From positions 93,682,001 to 93,746,000 of the forward strand of contig OX597819.1 in the NCBI GenBank assembly GCA_951406725.2: DNA of 64,000 nt, read 5' to 3'. Every line of letters starts with the position of its first letter. The stretch's first letter is position 1. A program made the translations under genes and the position numbers. Origin of the DNA: Octopus vulgaris (taxonomy: Eukaryota). Shown one piece after another: positions 1 to 13,040 of this stretch. Below the pieces are notes generated by a model. That model ran no database searches and was not told the origin of the DNA. It saw nothing but the letters and a program-made list of their open reading frames with translations.

Positions 1-263
1 TTGAGTTCTTTGTATTTTACTCTGTTAGCTTCCTGCTCTCTCATGCTTACACTTAAGGCACCTGGCCCATTTAACCTTTAGGTGTATGAACTGGTTCATG
101 TAACATCAGGGCATATCCACATGCAGGTAAGCATGTGTGACATGTATCTAGGAGCCAGCTCTCCTCTAATAACAGGACCCTTTTCCACTCTTTCAACAAT
201 ATCTGGGGTCTTTGACAAATGCTACCACCCTAGTCTACAGTGGGTTGGAATAAAGGTGGTTAA

Positions 264-483
264 CTGTTTAGCACTTAAACCAGCTATATGCTGCCCAAAT
301 ATTTTACCTGTTTTATGTTCAAAGTGGCCTGATCTAGCATGTCACACCTACCCTACAAGGTCATTCTAAGAATAAGCAATCACATCATCAAAATCTCAAA
401 GCTACAAGATAATGCATGATTAATTGAAAACAATGTGAATAAATAAGTATTACCTTTGACATAATAATATGAACACTACAGGG
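264..483. mobile_element. piggyBac-type MITE, family P1, copy 1
   Basis: Flanked by TTAA at 260-263 and 484-487; right end ...ctacaGGG|TTAA, left end degenerate; internal sequence matches the copy at 8927-9379. Confidence 0.7.
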
Positions 484-552
484 TTAAAAGATATCTGCAT
501 ACTTCCCAAAACCTTGAAATCACTGAGGTGGAACCTCCCCATATGTAGTTTC

Positions 553-746
553 CAGTGGCATATGGTGGTTGTTGTATTGGATGTGCTATCATACTCAATG
601 CCACCAAAATTCAAGTTGGGATATAACAAAAGTTTTCCATGAAGATTTGTGATTAAATTAATGAGTATGGTTAATTTTTATAATGAATTTTCTAATTACG
701 ATGGGTATGCTGTGCACACCTAGCACACCCAGAATATATACCCCTG
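553..746. mobile_element. hAT-type MITE
   Basis: Ends CAGTGGCATAT / ATATACCCCTG (imperfect TIR); 8-bp flanks gtagtttc (545-552) and atagtttc (747-754) match 7/8. Confidence 0.6.
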
Positions 747-1624
747 ATAGTTTCATATCTTACCCATTATGAGCTACATACTCCCTTCCCTTTAGCCTAT
801 CACTCATTATAGAGCATAGGCCATCAGCGACTTTTCTTAATTATTTTCAACTCAGCACTGTCTCTTTTGCTTCTCTCTGATTGGATCCCTGCTTTCTTCT
901 TTGCAGCTTCTTTCCAGATTTTGCTGCTCTCTGTCACATTTTTCCCTGGGGGAAGGCCTTCCTCTCCCAGGTCTTACTGGTTTTGAATTGTCATTGATGC
1001 TTCAGTAATTTTGCTTTTTTCTAGGTAGAGGTGTTGGTCCTATACAAACCCATTTTTACCTCAGGGGTGTTCTGTATTATTCTGGCTTCTATTTTTGACC
1101 TGTGCAACAAGGGAGGATCTACAAGGACCTTGTGCCTTGTTGGCTTGACTCTGAGGGACATTGAAGCATACAGGCTATCACACCACAAGGACAGCACCAC
1201 ATAGAGGATAAGATACATTGGTCCTCTCATAATTAACATCAGGCTATCAACATTGAAGCATGATGTAAATTACATGCATTATGTTTTGTTCACATTTTAA
1301 TAAGAAACCTTCTACGACTATCACCATTTAAAAAGTGAATGAATGCAGATGAATTGTTAATAACACAACAAAGCCTTTTGGTTTGATCTTCATCCCAAGC
1401 TATTGTTGTGGATCTAATTTAACAGCAAGATTTATGCACATTTGAATATGACTCCATATATGTTTATTAATTAGTTACATTGTATCTATGATCTTGTTAC
1501 AAAAACAGTAATGTCATAATATAGTTACACTTATTAATTCAACGCTAAAACTAAAACCTCATATGAAAAGAAAAGGATAACTTTTCATTGACAGTTCCTT
1601 CTTTAATAAAGAACAAATTTATAC

Positions 1625-1627
<3 letters not shown>

Positions 1628-1676
<49 letters not shown>

Positions 1677-1680
1677 ACAT
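1628..1680. repeat. (CA)n microsatellite
   Basis: Directly visible. Confidence 0.95.
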
Positions 1681-2193
1681 ACTCATAACTCTTATGTTCC
1701 TTAAAATAGAAATACTTGCTACAGGTTCTTATAATATCAAATTGCTGATTTAAATGGTTTTGAAATAGAGTAAGTTGCAAAATTGAATTATTCTGAGATA
1801 TATTTAGTGTTCTAACAGAATTTTCAGGTTGTTAAATATGACGTTCATATTGTATTTACTTAGGGTAAAGAAAATATATATTATGAAATAGATATCTTTT
1901 AGAGAAAAGTGAAAATAGCTAACCAGGTCTTTTTTTTCAACCTACGCATTCATTTTAACATTTTCTGTTTCAGAAATAAACAGAAATAATGTTTTGTTTT
2001 TTCTTTTATTTTAACCAACCAGGTAAATCACGAGATCTTCAGCAACATGCACATTAGTTTGAATTCTAGGTCTCAGTGAGCTCAAATCCTGTGAAATGGG
2101 AACTTTAAAAAATTAACACATTAATGACAGAATCTATAACAATAGTTAACCAAAAAATTATGGTGAATTTTAAACAATATTTGATACCAACTC

Positions 2194-2316
2194 CAGTGGC
2201 ATTGCATGGATTTTGGCCACCCTACTCCCTTAAATGTAGCATAAGATCAGCTACAGCAAGCACACATGTATAAAAGGCCAGCCTGTGCAGTCTACATACC
2301 CCACACTACACCATTG
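2194..2316. mobile_element. Old hAT-type MITE (degenerate)
   Basis: Ends CAGTGGCATTGC / ACTACACCATTG; 8-bp flanks accaactc and atcaatcc match only 5/8. Confidence 0.35.
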
Positions 2317-2961
2317 ATCAATCCATCTAAAATCACCTTTGGTTCTGTGTCACAAGATTCTTTATTTCAAAGTGTTTGAATTTAAATTGAATCATGTCTG
2401 GCAGTTTATTTCATTGGCCCTGGTCAAATGACAGTTAAAGATGACTTTAGCAGGATTAGAACTCAGAATGCAAAGAGCCATAACAAAAGCATTTTGTTTG
2501 ATGCTTTAATGATTCTGCAAACTCACAACAGTACACTAGCTTAATTTTGTTGCTTGACTAAACCCTTTAAATTCTTCATTACTTAAAGAAGATATCTGAA
2601 ACACACAAGCAGGAAATTTCATTTGAAATATATTTACTAAATGGTTAAGAGTTTCCCAAGCAAATCCGAAATTATAAAAGTTAATATTTATTGTAAGTTA
2701 AAATCAGAAATAAAGTATTTGTGTGTCTTTATTTACATGTCACAATTTTCATATTCATTGAAAGGAATTAGATTTCTTACAATTCTCAAGTTATTTTTTT
2801 CACCGAAATATTGATCATCATTGTTTTATATCCACTCGTCTTTGTTTGTATGGGCATGGCTGGACTGGTTTACCTGTGATATTGTTTTATGACTGGATAT
2901 CTTCCCTATTACCATGTTGCCAACACTTTTAATCTCTTCTAACAATATGCTAGGGACACAG

Positions 2962-3217
2962 TGACCTTAATAGATGCAGAGAGATGGAAAAAATGCCATA
3001 AGGCATTCTAATCAAAGTGCTAATGACTCACAAATAAAAACGTTATTCTATTTTATCTTGAAATTTAAATTTAATCAATTACATTTTTTTTATTCATTTT
3101 AACACAGATTTCTTAAACATTATATTTACCCACCCATATTAATTGTTAGGATTTGTCAAGAAATGTCATCTAAGTAACTCTATTTCACTACGTTTTATAT
3201 CACAAACACACAAATTT
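2962..3217 (+). repeat. Local direct duplication, copy A (empty site of the mariner insertion)
   Basis: Aligns with 3804-3893 joined to 5071-5247 (tagatgcagagagat...cacaaataaaaa...ttcTAtttt...aacacagattt...tatttacccacc...tttgtcaa...acacaca). Confidence 0.85.
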
Positions 3218-3468
3218 CTAAAACAGGATTCATCTTAGTGTTAATTAAACTGTTTCCTTTCAAAAAACTTTTGAGGCCTCTTTGTCTATATTAGATATCA
3301 TTATAGGGAATTTTTTTTATCCTTTAGCAAAAGGGAAAGCAATGTCTATGACATTTTATAAAACCTCTGAGATGGATGAGAGGGAGCATGGAAGGCATCC
3401 ATAAACTGGAAGCACCCAGTGTCAAGTGGTATTATGAAACCAGGCAACAGATTGTGTCTGCCATTTAA

Positions 3469-3689
3469 CCCTTTTGTTACCAACCCGGCCAAAACCGGCT
3501 CTGGCTCTGTAGTATAAATGTCTTGTTTTCATAAGTTTTGAATTAAAATATACCACAAAACCTTAGTCACAATTTATGGTCCTAACACTAGCTTAATGAT
3601 AACTAAGTTATTTTACTAAATTCTTTGTTATATTTAAAATAATTGAAAGAAACACAGAGCATCTCAAAATGAATACGGTAATGAAAGGG
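3469..3689. mobile_element. piggyBac-type MITE, family P2
   Basis: TTAA|CCCTTTTGTTACC ... GGTAATGAAAGGG|TTAA; 13-bp TIR with 11/13 match; TTAA at 3465-3468 and 3690-3693. Confidence 0.85.
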
Positions 3690-3893
3690 TTAAGTAGGTC
3701 CTAGAGAGATTTGAACTTAGTTTGATGGTCTCACAACTCCAATAAACCTCTGCCCTAGGTTAATATGTTTTTACCGAGCCTAAAAAAAAAATGAAAGAAA
3801 AGTTGACTTTAATAGATGCAGAGAGATAGAAAAAAATATCATAAAGCATTCTAATCAATCTCTAAGTGCTCACAAATAAAAAAAGATGTTCTA

Positions 3894-5068
3894 TTTGGTA
3901 GTTTCACATGAAATGTCGCATTTTTAATTACTTGTTACTTCAGTCATTTAAAAACTCAATTATGTATACCTTGCATTTAATCTTGACTCTTTTTTTTTCC
4001 CCCAACAATATTGGTATAAAAAATTTGTACCAACTGACCTTATACAAACTGGGTCACTCTACCACAGAAGCTCTACGGAATATCAGGCAGGCCTTTGGTA
4101 ATGGTTTTGTTGACATCAGAACTGTTCAGAGACGGTTCCAAAGCTCTTGTTCAGGAGATGATTGCCTTGAAAATAAACCAAGGGGTGGCCCCAAATCAGT
4201 TATTTGGCATGATGGATTAAATGCTTTGGTTGAACGAAATCCAAGAACAAAGATTCAAAAACTTTCATCAGAACTCCAAACATCTTGCACAATTGTTTTT
4301 GGACACGTGTAAAAAATTGGAAAAGTCCAGAAAAGGGAGAGGTTTGTTCCACATCGACTGAACGAGATTCAAAAAACAGACGCCTTGAAGTGTCCTCTTT
4401 ATTGCTTTCTCAACTGGAAAAATACCAATTGCAATGAGAAATGGATACTCTTTGACAACAGCAGGATAACAGGACAGTGATTAGATGCAGGAGGGTCACC
4501 TAAACACTATCCAAACCTACCATTGCACCCTAAAAAGTTTGTGGTCACTATTTGGTGGTCTGTGAAGAGAGTTATTCATTATTCATTTTTGCAACAAGGA
4601 AAAATGGTAACAGTAACGTCGTATTGCCAAGAAATTGATTGTATGCATGAGAATTTGAAAAAGAAGCAACCCAGACTACTGAATAGAGATGGCCCAATTT
4701 TGCTCCTTGACAATGCACATCCTCACACGACCCAAAAGTTGCAAAGCCTGAATTATGAGATTTTGCAACATTTTTCCTATTCCCCTGATATCTCTCCTAC
4801 TGATCATCACTTATTTAAGCATTTTGAGCTTTACATCAGCAATAAAACATTCTTAAATAGAGAAGAGGTAATTGAAGCATTCAGACAGTTTATTACAGCA
4901 AAAGATGGAATTTATTTTAAAGATGGAATATATGACATTAGAAAAATGTTGGGTAAACATCATAAATGAACATGGATCATATTTTGATTAAATAAATCCG
5001 TTCTCTAACACTTCAGAAACATTTTATTGTTACCTTTCAAATACAACATTTCATGTGAAACAACCTAA
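3894..5068 (+). mobile_element. Near full-length, inactive mariner transposon
   Basis: ~28-bp TIRs (tttggtagtttcacatgaaatgtcgcat vs reverse complement ttaggttgtttcacatgaaatgttgtat); TA at 3892-3893 and 5069-5070; transposase remnants inside. Confidence 0.93.
4040..4990 (+). pseudogene. Disrupted mariner (DD34D-type) transposase
   Basis: HTH region YKLGHSTTEALRNIRQAFG..RTVQRRFQ; FVPHRL (WVPHEL motif); CNEKW (first catalytic D changed to N); LLLDNAHPH; YSPDISPTDHHLF; only 30 residues between 2nd and 3rd D; stops and frameshifts. Confidence 0.9.
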
Positions 5069-6954
5069 TATTTTATTTATCATGAAAGTTTAATTTAATC
5101 AATTGATTACATACTTTTTAATTCATTTTAACACAGATTTTTTAAAACATATTATATTTACCCACCTTTATTAGGTATTAGGGTTTGTCAACAAATATTA
5201 TCATAGTAATACTATTTTATTGCGTTTTACATCACGAACACACATTTATACTTATTTTTCTCCTTTCATTTCTTCTACACTGTTTTCAGTTTCTGTCACT
5301 ATAATAATATGATCACTAATGAATGTGTCCAAATGTCTTAATACACTTCATTAACTGAAAGCCCTGGATATACTTTCAGCTATTATCATCAATGTATCTG
5401 CTCTTTATTGAGGTAGGACAATAAAAATAGAGTAAACTGCAAAACATCTTCAGTAAAATATCAGAGCATCTGGTCTGATTACTTCATATAATACAAGTAA
5501 CTGGGAGACATTAGGCAACCAGTGAACTCCTGATGTACAGCTTACAAAAATGGGTTGAAATCTCTCTTGAATAAAGTTAATTCTACCTTCTGTTTTTTGA
5601 TGATCATTTTTTATATATATCCAGGCCGACTCCTTATTTTCTTAGGAGGGGGTAGTCACAAGACACACACACCAGGGATTCCATTTATTTCCCAGCTCAA
5701 AGAGGTTTGTTAGATTGTGTCTTGGAAAGGTTACTGCATGCCATGTATGTCACATGCAGAACCATCTTATGAAAATGCTTCTTTTTTTGGTAGTATAGAA
5801 ATGTTGGGATAGAAAACAAAAAAGAAGAGAAAAACATTAAACATTCTGCTTCAAATATGTTGACACATTTATATCCTTGCATTTTATATTTAATTGGTTG
5901 GCTTTGAGTCATTGTCACTTCCCACTTGATCATTAGGAAATTTCTCTGTCAGTCTTGGTCTTAAATGCCAGGTTTTCATAAGTTTAATACAGCTCCCATT
6001 ATCAATAAATAAATATCAACTTCAGATATCTCTCACCTTCAATTAAGGTGTTTCATATAACTGCCTTTTCAACAATAAAATGTAAAGGATTGAGAGGCTC
6101 ATCTTCAAATAAGTTTTTACAACACAAAATACAACATAAGCCAAATCTAAAATCAACAGATTTTATCTAAGTTTAATAAATGTAATTTTAAATATCACGA
6201 GAAATCCTGGAGATGACATAGACAAAATAAAACGTGAATAGAATGGAATGTACAGAAAGAGAAGCTGTCAAGATGATAAATGGCTTCAGTGTAGATAGAC
6301 TGGAAATATATGAAGTGATGAGCTATCAGAATGATAAATCATTTTTGAAAATTTTAGAAATGTAGATAGTCTGATGAAAACTGACCGACTGACATTTAGA
6401 ATGAGATTTCATAGAGATCTTAAAATCTTGTGGTTATATTTAAAATGGCAGAAAACTTTAAATATATGGATTATGACAGGGAATACATTTCTGTACTGGG
6501 CACAACAAAATTAGTGAGAAATATTATAAATACTGTATCATTTAAAGTAACAATATACAGGAAAATTATTCCTTATTATTCATTATCTCAGCTTTCTTAT
6601 CCAACTGCAACAATGATGCCTCCATTGGTTGGGTCATGTACCCAGCTATTTGTACCTATTATATGTGAGCTGGCATCCTGTAAAAAGTCACAAGGAGAAC
6701 CTTCATCTTCTTTTCAATGATGTTTGCAAGAGTGACATGAAGTTTCTCCACATGAACATTAAAAAAGTGGGAAGACATTGCTAATGATCTCTACAGATCC
6801 AATCCATCACCGGAACTGTAAAAATCTGTAAAACTTTCCAGAAGTTTATCATTTAGATACATATGATTATGTCTATATATGCAACTATATGCATGAGAAT
6901 ACATACATTAAAAAAAACATACTAATCTGCATGTATGCATACATACAAACAAAA

Positions 6955-7134
6955 ATACCCTGCTGCTGATGTTGAAATTCCGATGAAGGAGCCCTGAATC
7001 TAAGTTGGAGACCAGCTCTTCCTCTATTGGCAAGAAATCTTGAAATAAAACTGAATAATGACATACATACATACACACATACATACATACATACATACAT
7101 ACATACATACATACATACATACATACATACATAC
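6955..7134 (+). mobile_element. Probable Penelope-like terminal module followed by (ACAT)n (7061-7134)
   Basis: Weak hammerhead-like core (CCGATGAagg...ggagaccagctc), then ~40 bp, then the microsatellite; same layout as other modules in the window. Confidence 0.35.
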
Positions 7135-7730
7135 TTCAATATTTAACTGATATGGTCATCATCCTTGTAGTTTAGCCACAGGCTTAGCACTAACTAATCA
7201 AACATGATCAAGGGCATTCCAGCATTGATAATCCTCTCTGAATTTTTTCAGTCATAATATACTTAACACTGCATACTGTGCATATTCTAGTTTTAGAATA
7301 TTTACACCACATTCCTGCATGCCAGAAGAAGTAATTAATAAGGTTCACAAGAAGGGCATCCAATTAAATTGTTGCTTCAAAAACCTGCTGCACCCATGCC
7401 AGACTAGAAAAGCAGACATAAAATAATAATGGTGATGAATGGATGAATCATGTATTTAGAATTACATCATCTAATCTGAACTATATTTTTAAAGAAGATC
7501 AGGGTGTAATTTGAGGGAAATTGACTTCTATCTTTAGCAGACTGAACAACCACATAGAGGTTCCCTCATCAAATACCTTCAGCATCGGTTGCCTCTTTTT
7601 ACATTCTAAACTAACATTTCAGCACGGCCAGCTTTTCCTTTCATCCTTCGATAAGTCTTTAAAATCAAGCAACTGTATTTTGATAATAACCCTTGTAACA
7701 TCATGTGAGGATTACAAATCTCTTCTCTCT

Positions 7731-8105
7731 TTCTCTTTACTTGTTTCAGTCATTTGACTGTGGCCATGCTGGAGCACCACCTTTAGTCAAGGAAATCGAC
7801 CCTAGGAATTATTCTTTGTAAGCCTAGTACTATTCTATTGGCCACTTTTTGCTAAACTACTAAGTTACGGGGATGTAAACACACCAGCATCAGTTGTCAA
7901 ATGATGTTGGGTGGGTGGGGGGGACAAACACAGACACATATACAATGGGCTTCTTTCTGTTTCTGTCTACCAAATCCACTCACAAGGCTTTGGTCGGCCC
8001 GAGGCTATAGTAGAAGACACTTTCCCAAGGTGCCTCGCAGTGGGACTGAACCTGGAACCATATGGTTGGTAAGCAAGCTACTTACCACACAGCCACTCGT
8101 GCACC
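7731..8105 (-). mobile_element. tRNA-derived SINE family S1
   Basis: Head tggctgtgtggtaag...ggttcagtccc (A/B-box-like), ccttgggaaagtgtcttct, tail gactgaaacaagtaaa-type; many copies in the window. Confidence 0.85.
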
Positions 8106-8926
8106 TATGAGCATCATTGTTGTACAAGCTTTGTTGTTTATTTCCAGTCATCCATGATAAAACTCTCTGCCATGGGGAAATATTACCTTGTTTGGAAATA
8201 GGCAAGGGTTAGCAACAGGAAAGGTGTGAATAAGATGTAGCTCAACAAATTCTGTTTGACCCATGCATACACGGAAAAGTAGACATTAAAAGATGAGGAT
8301 GATGATGACGATGATAATTGAAACAGATAAATACTCTACCTCACAAAATTTGATCTTGTAAATTATCAGAAAAAATAACCAGTATTTATCAGATATTGTA
8401 ATTTATGTATATTATTTTTTGTATTTTAGAAAACCATTTTTTATAAAAAGAAAATAGATTGAAAGACAAAAGAATCCCTTCAGTCAGGACTATGAGTTAT
8501 AATTAGCAAATCTTTCTTAAAGGTGTCTGCTTTCGATTTATGCTTGTCTTGTGAAACTAAACATATTGCCACTAAATGATCAAAATATTCTAGACAATAC
8601 ATAATTAAATGAATAAATAAATACTGTGATTGATTTTTATGATGGAAATGTTTTTTGAACTTACTTTTTTTAAAATCATTTTTACCCCAGTTCTTAATGC
8701 AATAACTATAGTGAATAGAATTGTCAAATAAATATATATAAGAAAGACAGATGTAGATTTGGAAAGGCTCTTTAAATATCCAGAATCAGACAAACAACAA
8801 ACCAACAAGGATGCCTTTATGTGGTCACTCGACCTGCTAGAAACACTAGCCAAATATTCTTTAAAATCACACCTTAATGTCTTGCAAAAAGGCAAAAAAG
8901 TGTATTTGAACATACTCTATCTTTAA

Positions 8927-9379
8927 CTCTTTAACATTTAAACTAGCCATGTCTGGGCCAAATATTCTTCCTGTTCTATGTTCAAACAAACCATATCTGG
9001 CCTCTTAAACCTACTTTACAATTTTATTCCTCTAGTGAAGAGTCACATCACTGAGATCTCAAAGCTACAAGACAATGCATGAGTAATTCAAAATAATCCT
9101 TTCTACTATGGGCACAAGGCTTGAAATTTGGAAGAGGAGACAAGTTGATTATATCGACCCCCAGTATCTCACTGGAACTTGATTTATCAACCTCAAAAGG
9201 ATGAAAAGGTAAAGTCGACCTTAATGGAATTTGAACCCAGGACGTAGCAACGGACAAAATAACACTATGTATTTCATCCAGCATGCTAACGATTCTGCCA
9301 GCTCACCACCTTTAAGTAATTCAAAATAATGTGAATATATAAGCATTACATTTGATAGGGCAACTTAAACTCTAAAGGG
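8927..9379. mobile_element. piggyBac-type MITE, family P1, copy 2, interrupted by a SINE
   Basis: TTAA at 8923-8926 and 9380-9383; ends CTCTTTA / TAAAGGG; homologous to 264-483 once 9098-9330 is removed. Confidence 0.8.
9098..9314 (-). mobile_element. SINE family S2 with 16-bp target-site duplication
   Basis: TSD agtaattcaaaataat at 9082-9097 and 9315-9330; head aaggtggtgagctggcagaatcg, B-box-like gggttcaaattcc. Confidence 0.88.
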
Positions 9380-10083
9380 TTAATCTTTTACTTGCTTCAG
9401 TCACTGGACTCTGGGCATGTCGGAGTACAGCCTTGAAAGTTTTAGTCAAAGAAATCCCACCACCAGTACTTACTCTGAAGTCTGGTATTTATTCTATCAG
9501 CTTCTTTGGCTGAGTCTCTTAGTTAAGAGACCATAAATAAACCAACATCAGTGTTCAAGCAATGGGTTAGGAGGAACACACACAAACACACATGGCTGCA
9601 TTTCAATGACTGAAACAAATAAAAGAGATTTTTTGGTTGCCTTGGTTTTTTTTTTTTTTGTTTTGGTTTTTTTTTTCCCCATTTTCTCAAATAATGATAT
9701 TCTGTCCAGTCAAAGACATATAAGGTAGTATAGTGTTCTGAAAATCAAAACTGTATAAGATAATGCTGAACTGTACACATTGATTTTGGTATCTGAATGA
9801 CATTCGCATTCATGATATTACATCTGACATAAAGAGAAATATAAGTTCACTTTATATATATCTTTAGATAAGTGATGCATAACTTACCTATTATTGTATG
9901 TGCCAAACATAATTGTCCGTTTAGTTCAGATATGTTCATTAGTTCATATTTTGCAGTTTTATGTTTAGATATTATCTAGATCAACTTTGTCTTTTGCTTC
10001 TCCATGATCAAGTCATTGAGTACCAGTTGCTTTTATCAAAACAAACTTCCACCTCAACCTCTATATAGTCGTCTACCTTTCAT

Positions 10084-10487
10084 CTTTTACTTGTTTTAGT
10101 CACTGGACTGCAACCATGCTGGGGCACTGCCTTGAAGTGTTTTAGTCAAAGAAATCAACCCCATTACTTACTTTTAAGTCTGGTATATTTCTTTTTATCA
10201 GTCTCTTTGGTGAACTGTTATGCTATAGAGAGATAAACAAACCAGTAAGTGGTGGGTGGGAGAAAAACACAAAGATACACAGATACACACACAACACACT
10301 TGCACAAGCACACACATACATACATATACAATGGGCATCCACGTAGTTTCCTTCTACCAAATTCATTCACAGGTCACTGATCAAACTGGTGTTATAACAA
10401 AAGACATTTGCCAAAAGTGCTACACAATGGGACTGAACCCAGAACCATATGGTTGTGAAGCAAGCTACTTAACTACACAACCATGTC
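10084..10487 (-). mobile_element. SINE family S1 (diverged)
   Basis: Homologous to 7731-8105. Confidence 0.75.
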
Positions 10488-10699
10488 TGATCATCTTTTT
10501 TTGTCTTTTAAATTATTGCTATTTCTCTAAAAAGAGTTATCGGAAAATTCTCCCATCAAAATAGTATAAATTGATAAAATAGTCTCAGTAAAGAAATATC
10601 TCTAGCTGGTTAATTTGTATCATAAATACAGTATAAATACCAATGAATTATTTCTTTTCACTACTTTCATGGATTCCCATGACTTACTTTCACTATCTA

Positions 10700-11737
10700 T
10701 TGGGTTGTCCGGAGAGTTTGTGCCGATTTTTAAAGGAAAGACAAAGGTCAATAAATACTTGCCATTATATTTTTAATCAACCAAATATGAACCATTTTGT
10801 TGCATTACGCATTTCCATCTTTCCTTTAACTTGAAAATATCCTCTTCCCAGAATTCAGGTTTTTTCATGACAAAGAATTCATCAAGGTCTCTTTTTACGT
10901 CATCCAAAGAAATGAAATTTTTACCATTAAGACTATTCTACAGAGACCTGAATAAGTGGAAATCCGAAGGAGCATTATCTGGTGAATATGGAGGATGAGG
11001 TAACACATCCCAGCCAAGCTGCAGCAATTTTTGTCTGGTTCCCAAAGCATCAAGTGCCGAAAATTAACTTTCTTATCTTCCATTTTAAAGGGTACACAGA
11101 ATTAACAGAGGTTATAGGAACATAAACCTTCTTCCATGAAAAGATAGCTTAAACTGTGCTCTAAATGGAGGTGTAGTCAAATCCTCAAATCAAATCAAAA
11201 TCGATGAACATCAATGGAATTTGTATTTTTGTGGTACCAGTGCCGGTGGCACATAAGAAAACCATCTGAACGTGGTCGTAGCCAGTACTGCATCGACTGG
11301 CCTCCGTGCTGTAGGCACGTAACAAACACCATCCGATCGTGGCCATGCCATACTAGCCTGGCCTCCGTGCCAGTGGCACGTAAAAAACACCATCCGAGCA
11401 TGGTCGTTTGCCAGCCTCGTCTGGCACCTTGTGTCGGTGGCACATAAAAAACACCATCCGAGTGTGGCCGTTCACCAGCCTCGTCTGGCACCTGTGTCGG
11501 TGGCACATAAAAATCACCCACTACACTCACGGAATGGTTGGCGTTAGGAAGGGCATCCAGCTGTAGAAACACTGCCAGATCTGACTGGCCTGGTGCAGCC
11601 TTCGGGCTTCAGTTGAACCGTCCAACCCATGCTAGCATGGAAAGCAGACGTTAAATGATGATGATGATGAACCATGTTCTAAAATAAGTCGAAAGGTAAG
11701 CTACTATAAATTGGCACAAACTTTCTGGACAACCCAA
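10700..11737 (-). mobile_element. Internally deleted mariner element with a nested SINE
   Basis: TIRs ttgggttgtccggagagtttgtgccgattt / aaattggcacaaactttctggacaacccaa; TA at 10698-10699 and 11738-11739; minus strand N-terminus MEDKKVNFRHLMLWE joined to PHPPYSPDNAPSDFHLFRSL...NGSYLVD. Confidence 0.9.
11186..11670 (+). mobile_element. SINE-like family S3 (internal ~63-68 bp tandem units, (GAT)n tail)
   Basis: Five gtggcac(a/g)taa units, then ggcgttaggaagggcatccagctgtagaaa...ccatgctagcatggaaa...gttaaatgatgatgat. Confidence 0.85.
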
Positions 11738-12237
11738 TACTTCCATTATTATAAATTTGAATTGGGAGCTTGAGTCATAGTGAATTTTTCATTAGCTGAT
11801 TATACAACCATAGACACAACCCCTATGGATGAATTGCAGTTACTGTCTTGATCTTCAAGGATTTCTCCACTCAGCATCAATGTACAAAGTGCTTTTGGCT
11901 CAACTGAGCTCTTCTACTACCTCTTCACAATCTGCTATGACTTCACCATATCTCTGGTAGGGTGAATGCCAAAGGGCAGCCTGTAACTATCCTGGGCACA
12001 GGTGTCATTCTGTGAGGTATTTTGAAATACTCGTGCACCCAAAGTTATGAAAGGTTGTGGCTATATCAGTTATTCATTGGTTGCTGCTGCTGTTGTTACT
12101 GTTTTGTAACTTTTGTCAGGTTCAGTTTGAAAAGGATAAATGCAGAGTAGCAAATCAACTTATTTGTAACAAGCATGTATGTGATAGAGAAAAGCATTGC
12201 TCAGCTATATTTACCTCCATCTGATATGAAGACAATT

Positions 12238-12463
12238 TGAGCTGGCAGAATCATTAGCACACCAGCTGGAATGCTTAGCAGTATTTTGGCTGCCATTTAC
12301 ATTCTGAGTTCAAATTCCAGCAAGGTCAACTTTGTCTTTCACCCTTTCGAGATCAATTAAATAAGTACCAGTTAGGCACTGGGGTCTATTTAATCGACTT
12401 AATTGCTTTGTCTGTCCTTGTTTGCCCCCTCTATGTTTAACCTCCTGTGGGCAATAAAGAAAT
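12238..12463 (+). mobile_element. SINE family S2; further copies at about 13217-13420, 27297-27520, 29068-29325, 34196-34580, 41790-41960, 43104-43522 (+) and 53733-53915 (-)
   Basis: gagctggcagaa...ttctgagttcaaattcc...actttgcctttcatcc...ataagtaccagtt shared by all copies. Confidence 0.8.
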
Positions 12464-12601
12464 AATTAATGATAGTATGTTCACCACATTTAGGGTTTTA
12501 GCCCTTACTTTACTATCTACTTACTATGCAGATGATATCCCTGGGTTATTTCTCTTGATTCTAGAAGTCATAAGAGCATTGGTATATATTACATATAGAA
12601 A

Positions 12602-12945
12602 CAGGCATGGCTGTGTGATTAAGATGTTCACTTTGCAATCACATGGTTTCAGGTTCTATACCACTGCTTGATGCTTAGGGAAAGTGTCTTATTTTGCTCC
12701 AGGGTCAACCAATACCTTGTGAGGGAATTTGGGAAATGGAAACTGTATGGAAACTTGTCATATATACATGTCTGTGTGTGCATAGGTTTGTGTTTGTCCC
12801 CCTCCACTTGACAACTAATGTTGTTTTAATTACACCCCTATCATTTGTTTATGTCCCTATAACTAGTGTCAATTTGTCCAGCTATCCCCTTCAAGATGAT
12901 GCCCCAACATGGCCACAGTCCAGTGACAGAAATGAGTTAAAAGTA
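12602..12945 (+). mobile_element. SINE family S1 (old copy)
   Basis: ggcatggctgtgtg head and catggccacagtc...tgacagaaa tail. Confidence 0.65.
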
Positions 12946-12999
12946 CAAAGTAAATATATTGCTTTTTCTTTGTATGTCTGGTAAACCTGAAGCATTAAG

Positions 13000-13040
13000 C
13001 TTCACTGAGGAGGCTTAGTAAGATTGAAACATGTCCAAAG
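13000..13040 (+). ncRNA. Minimal type-I hammerhead ribozyme relic (Penelope-type)
   Basis: cttca CTGAGGA ggCTTagtAAGatt GAAA CATG TC caaag: intact core, palindromic ACATGT, GUC triplet; stem I is restored by reversing two CpG>CpA changes. Confidence 0.6.

Noticed and set aside
11240-11520. CRISPR-like regularly spaced palindromic repeats (also 63391-63477 and the 30-bp array)
   Set aside because: Intervening sequences are homologous to each other rather than unique spacers; no cas genes; eukaryotic repeat context
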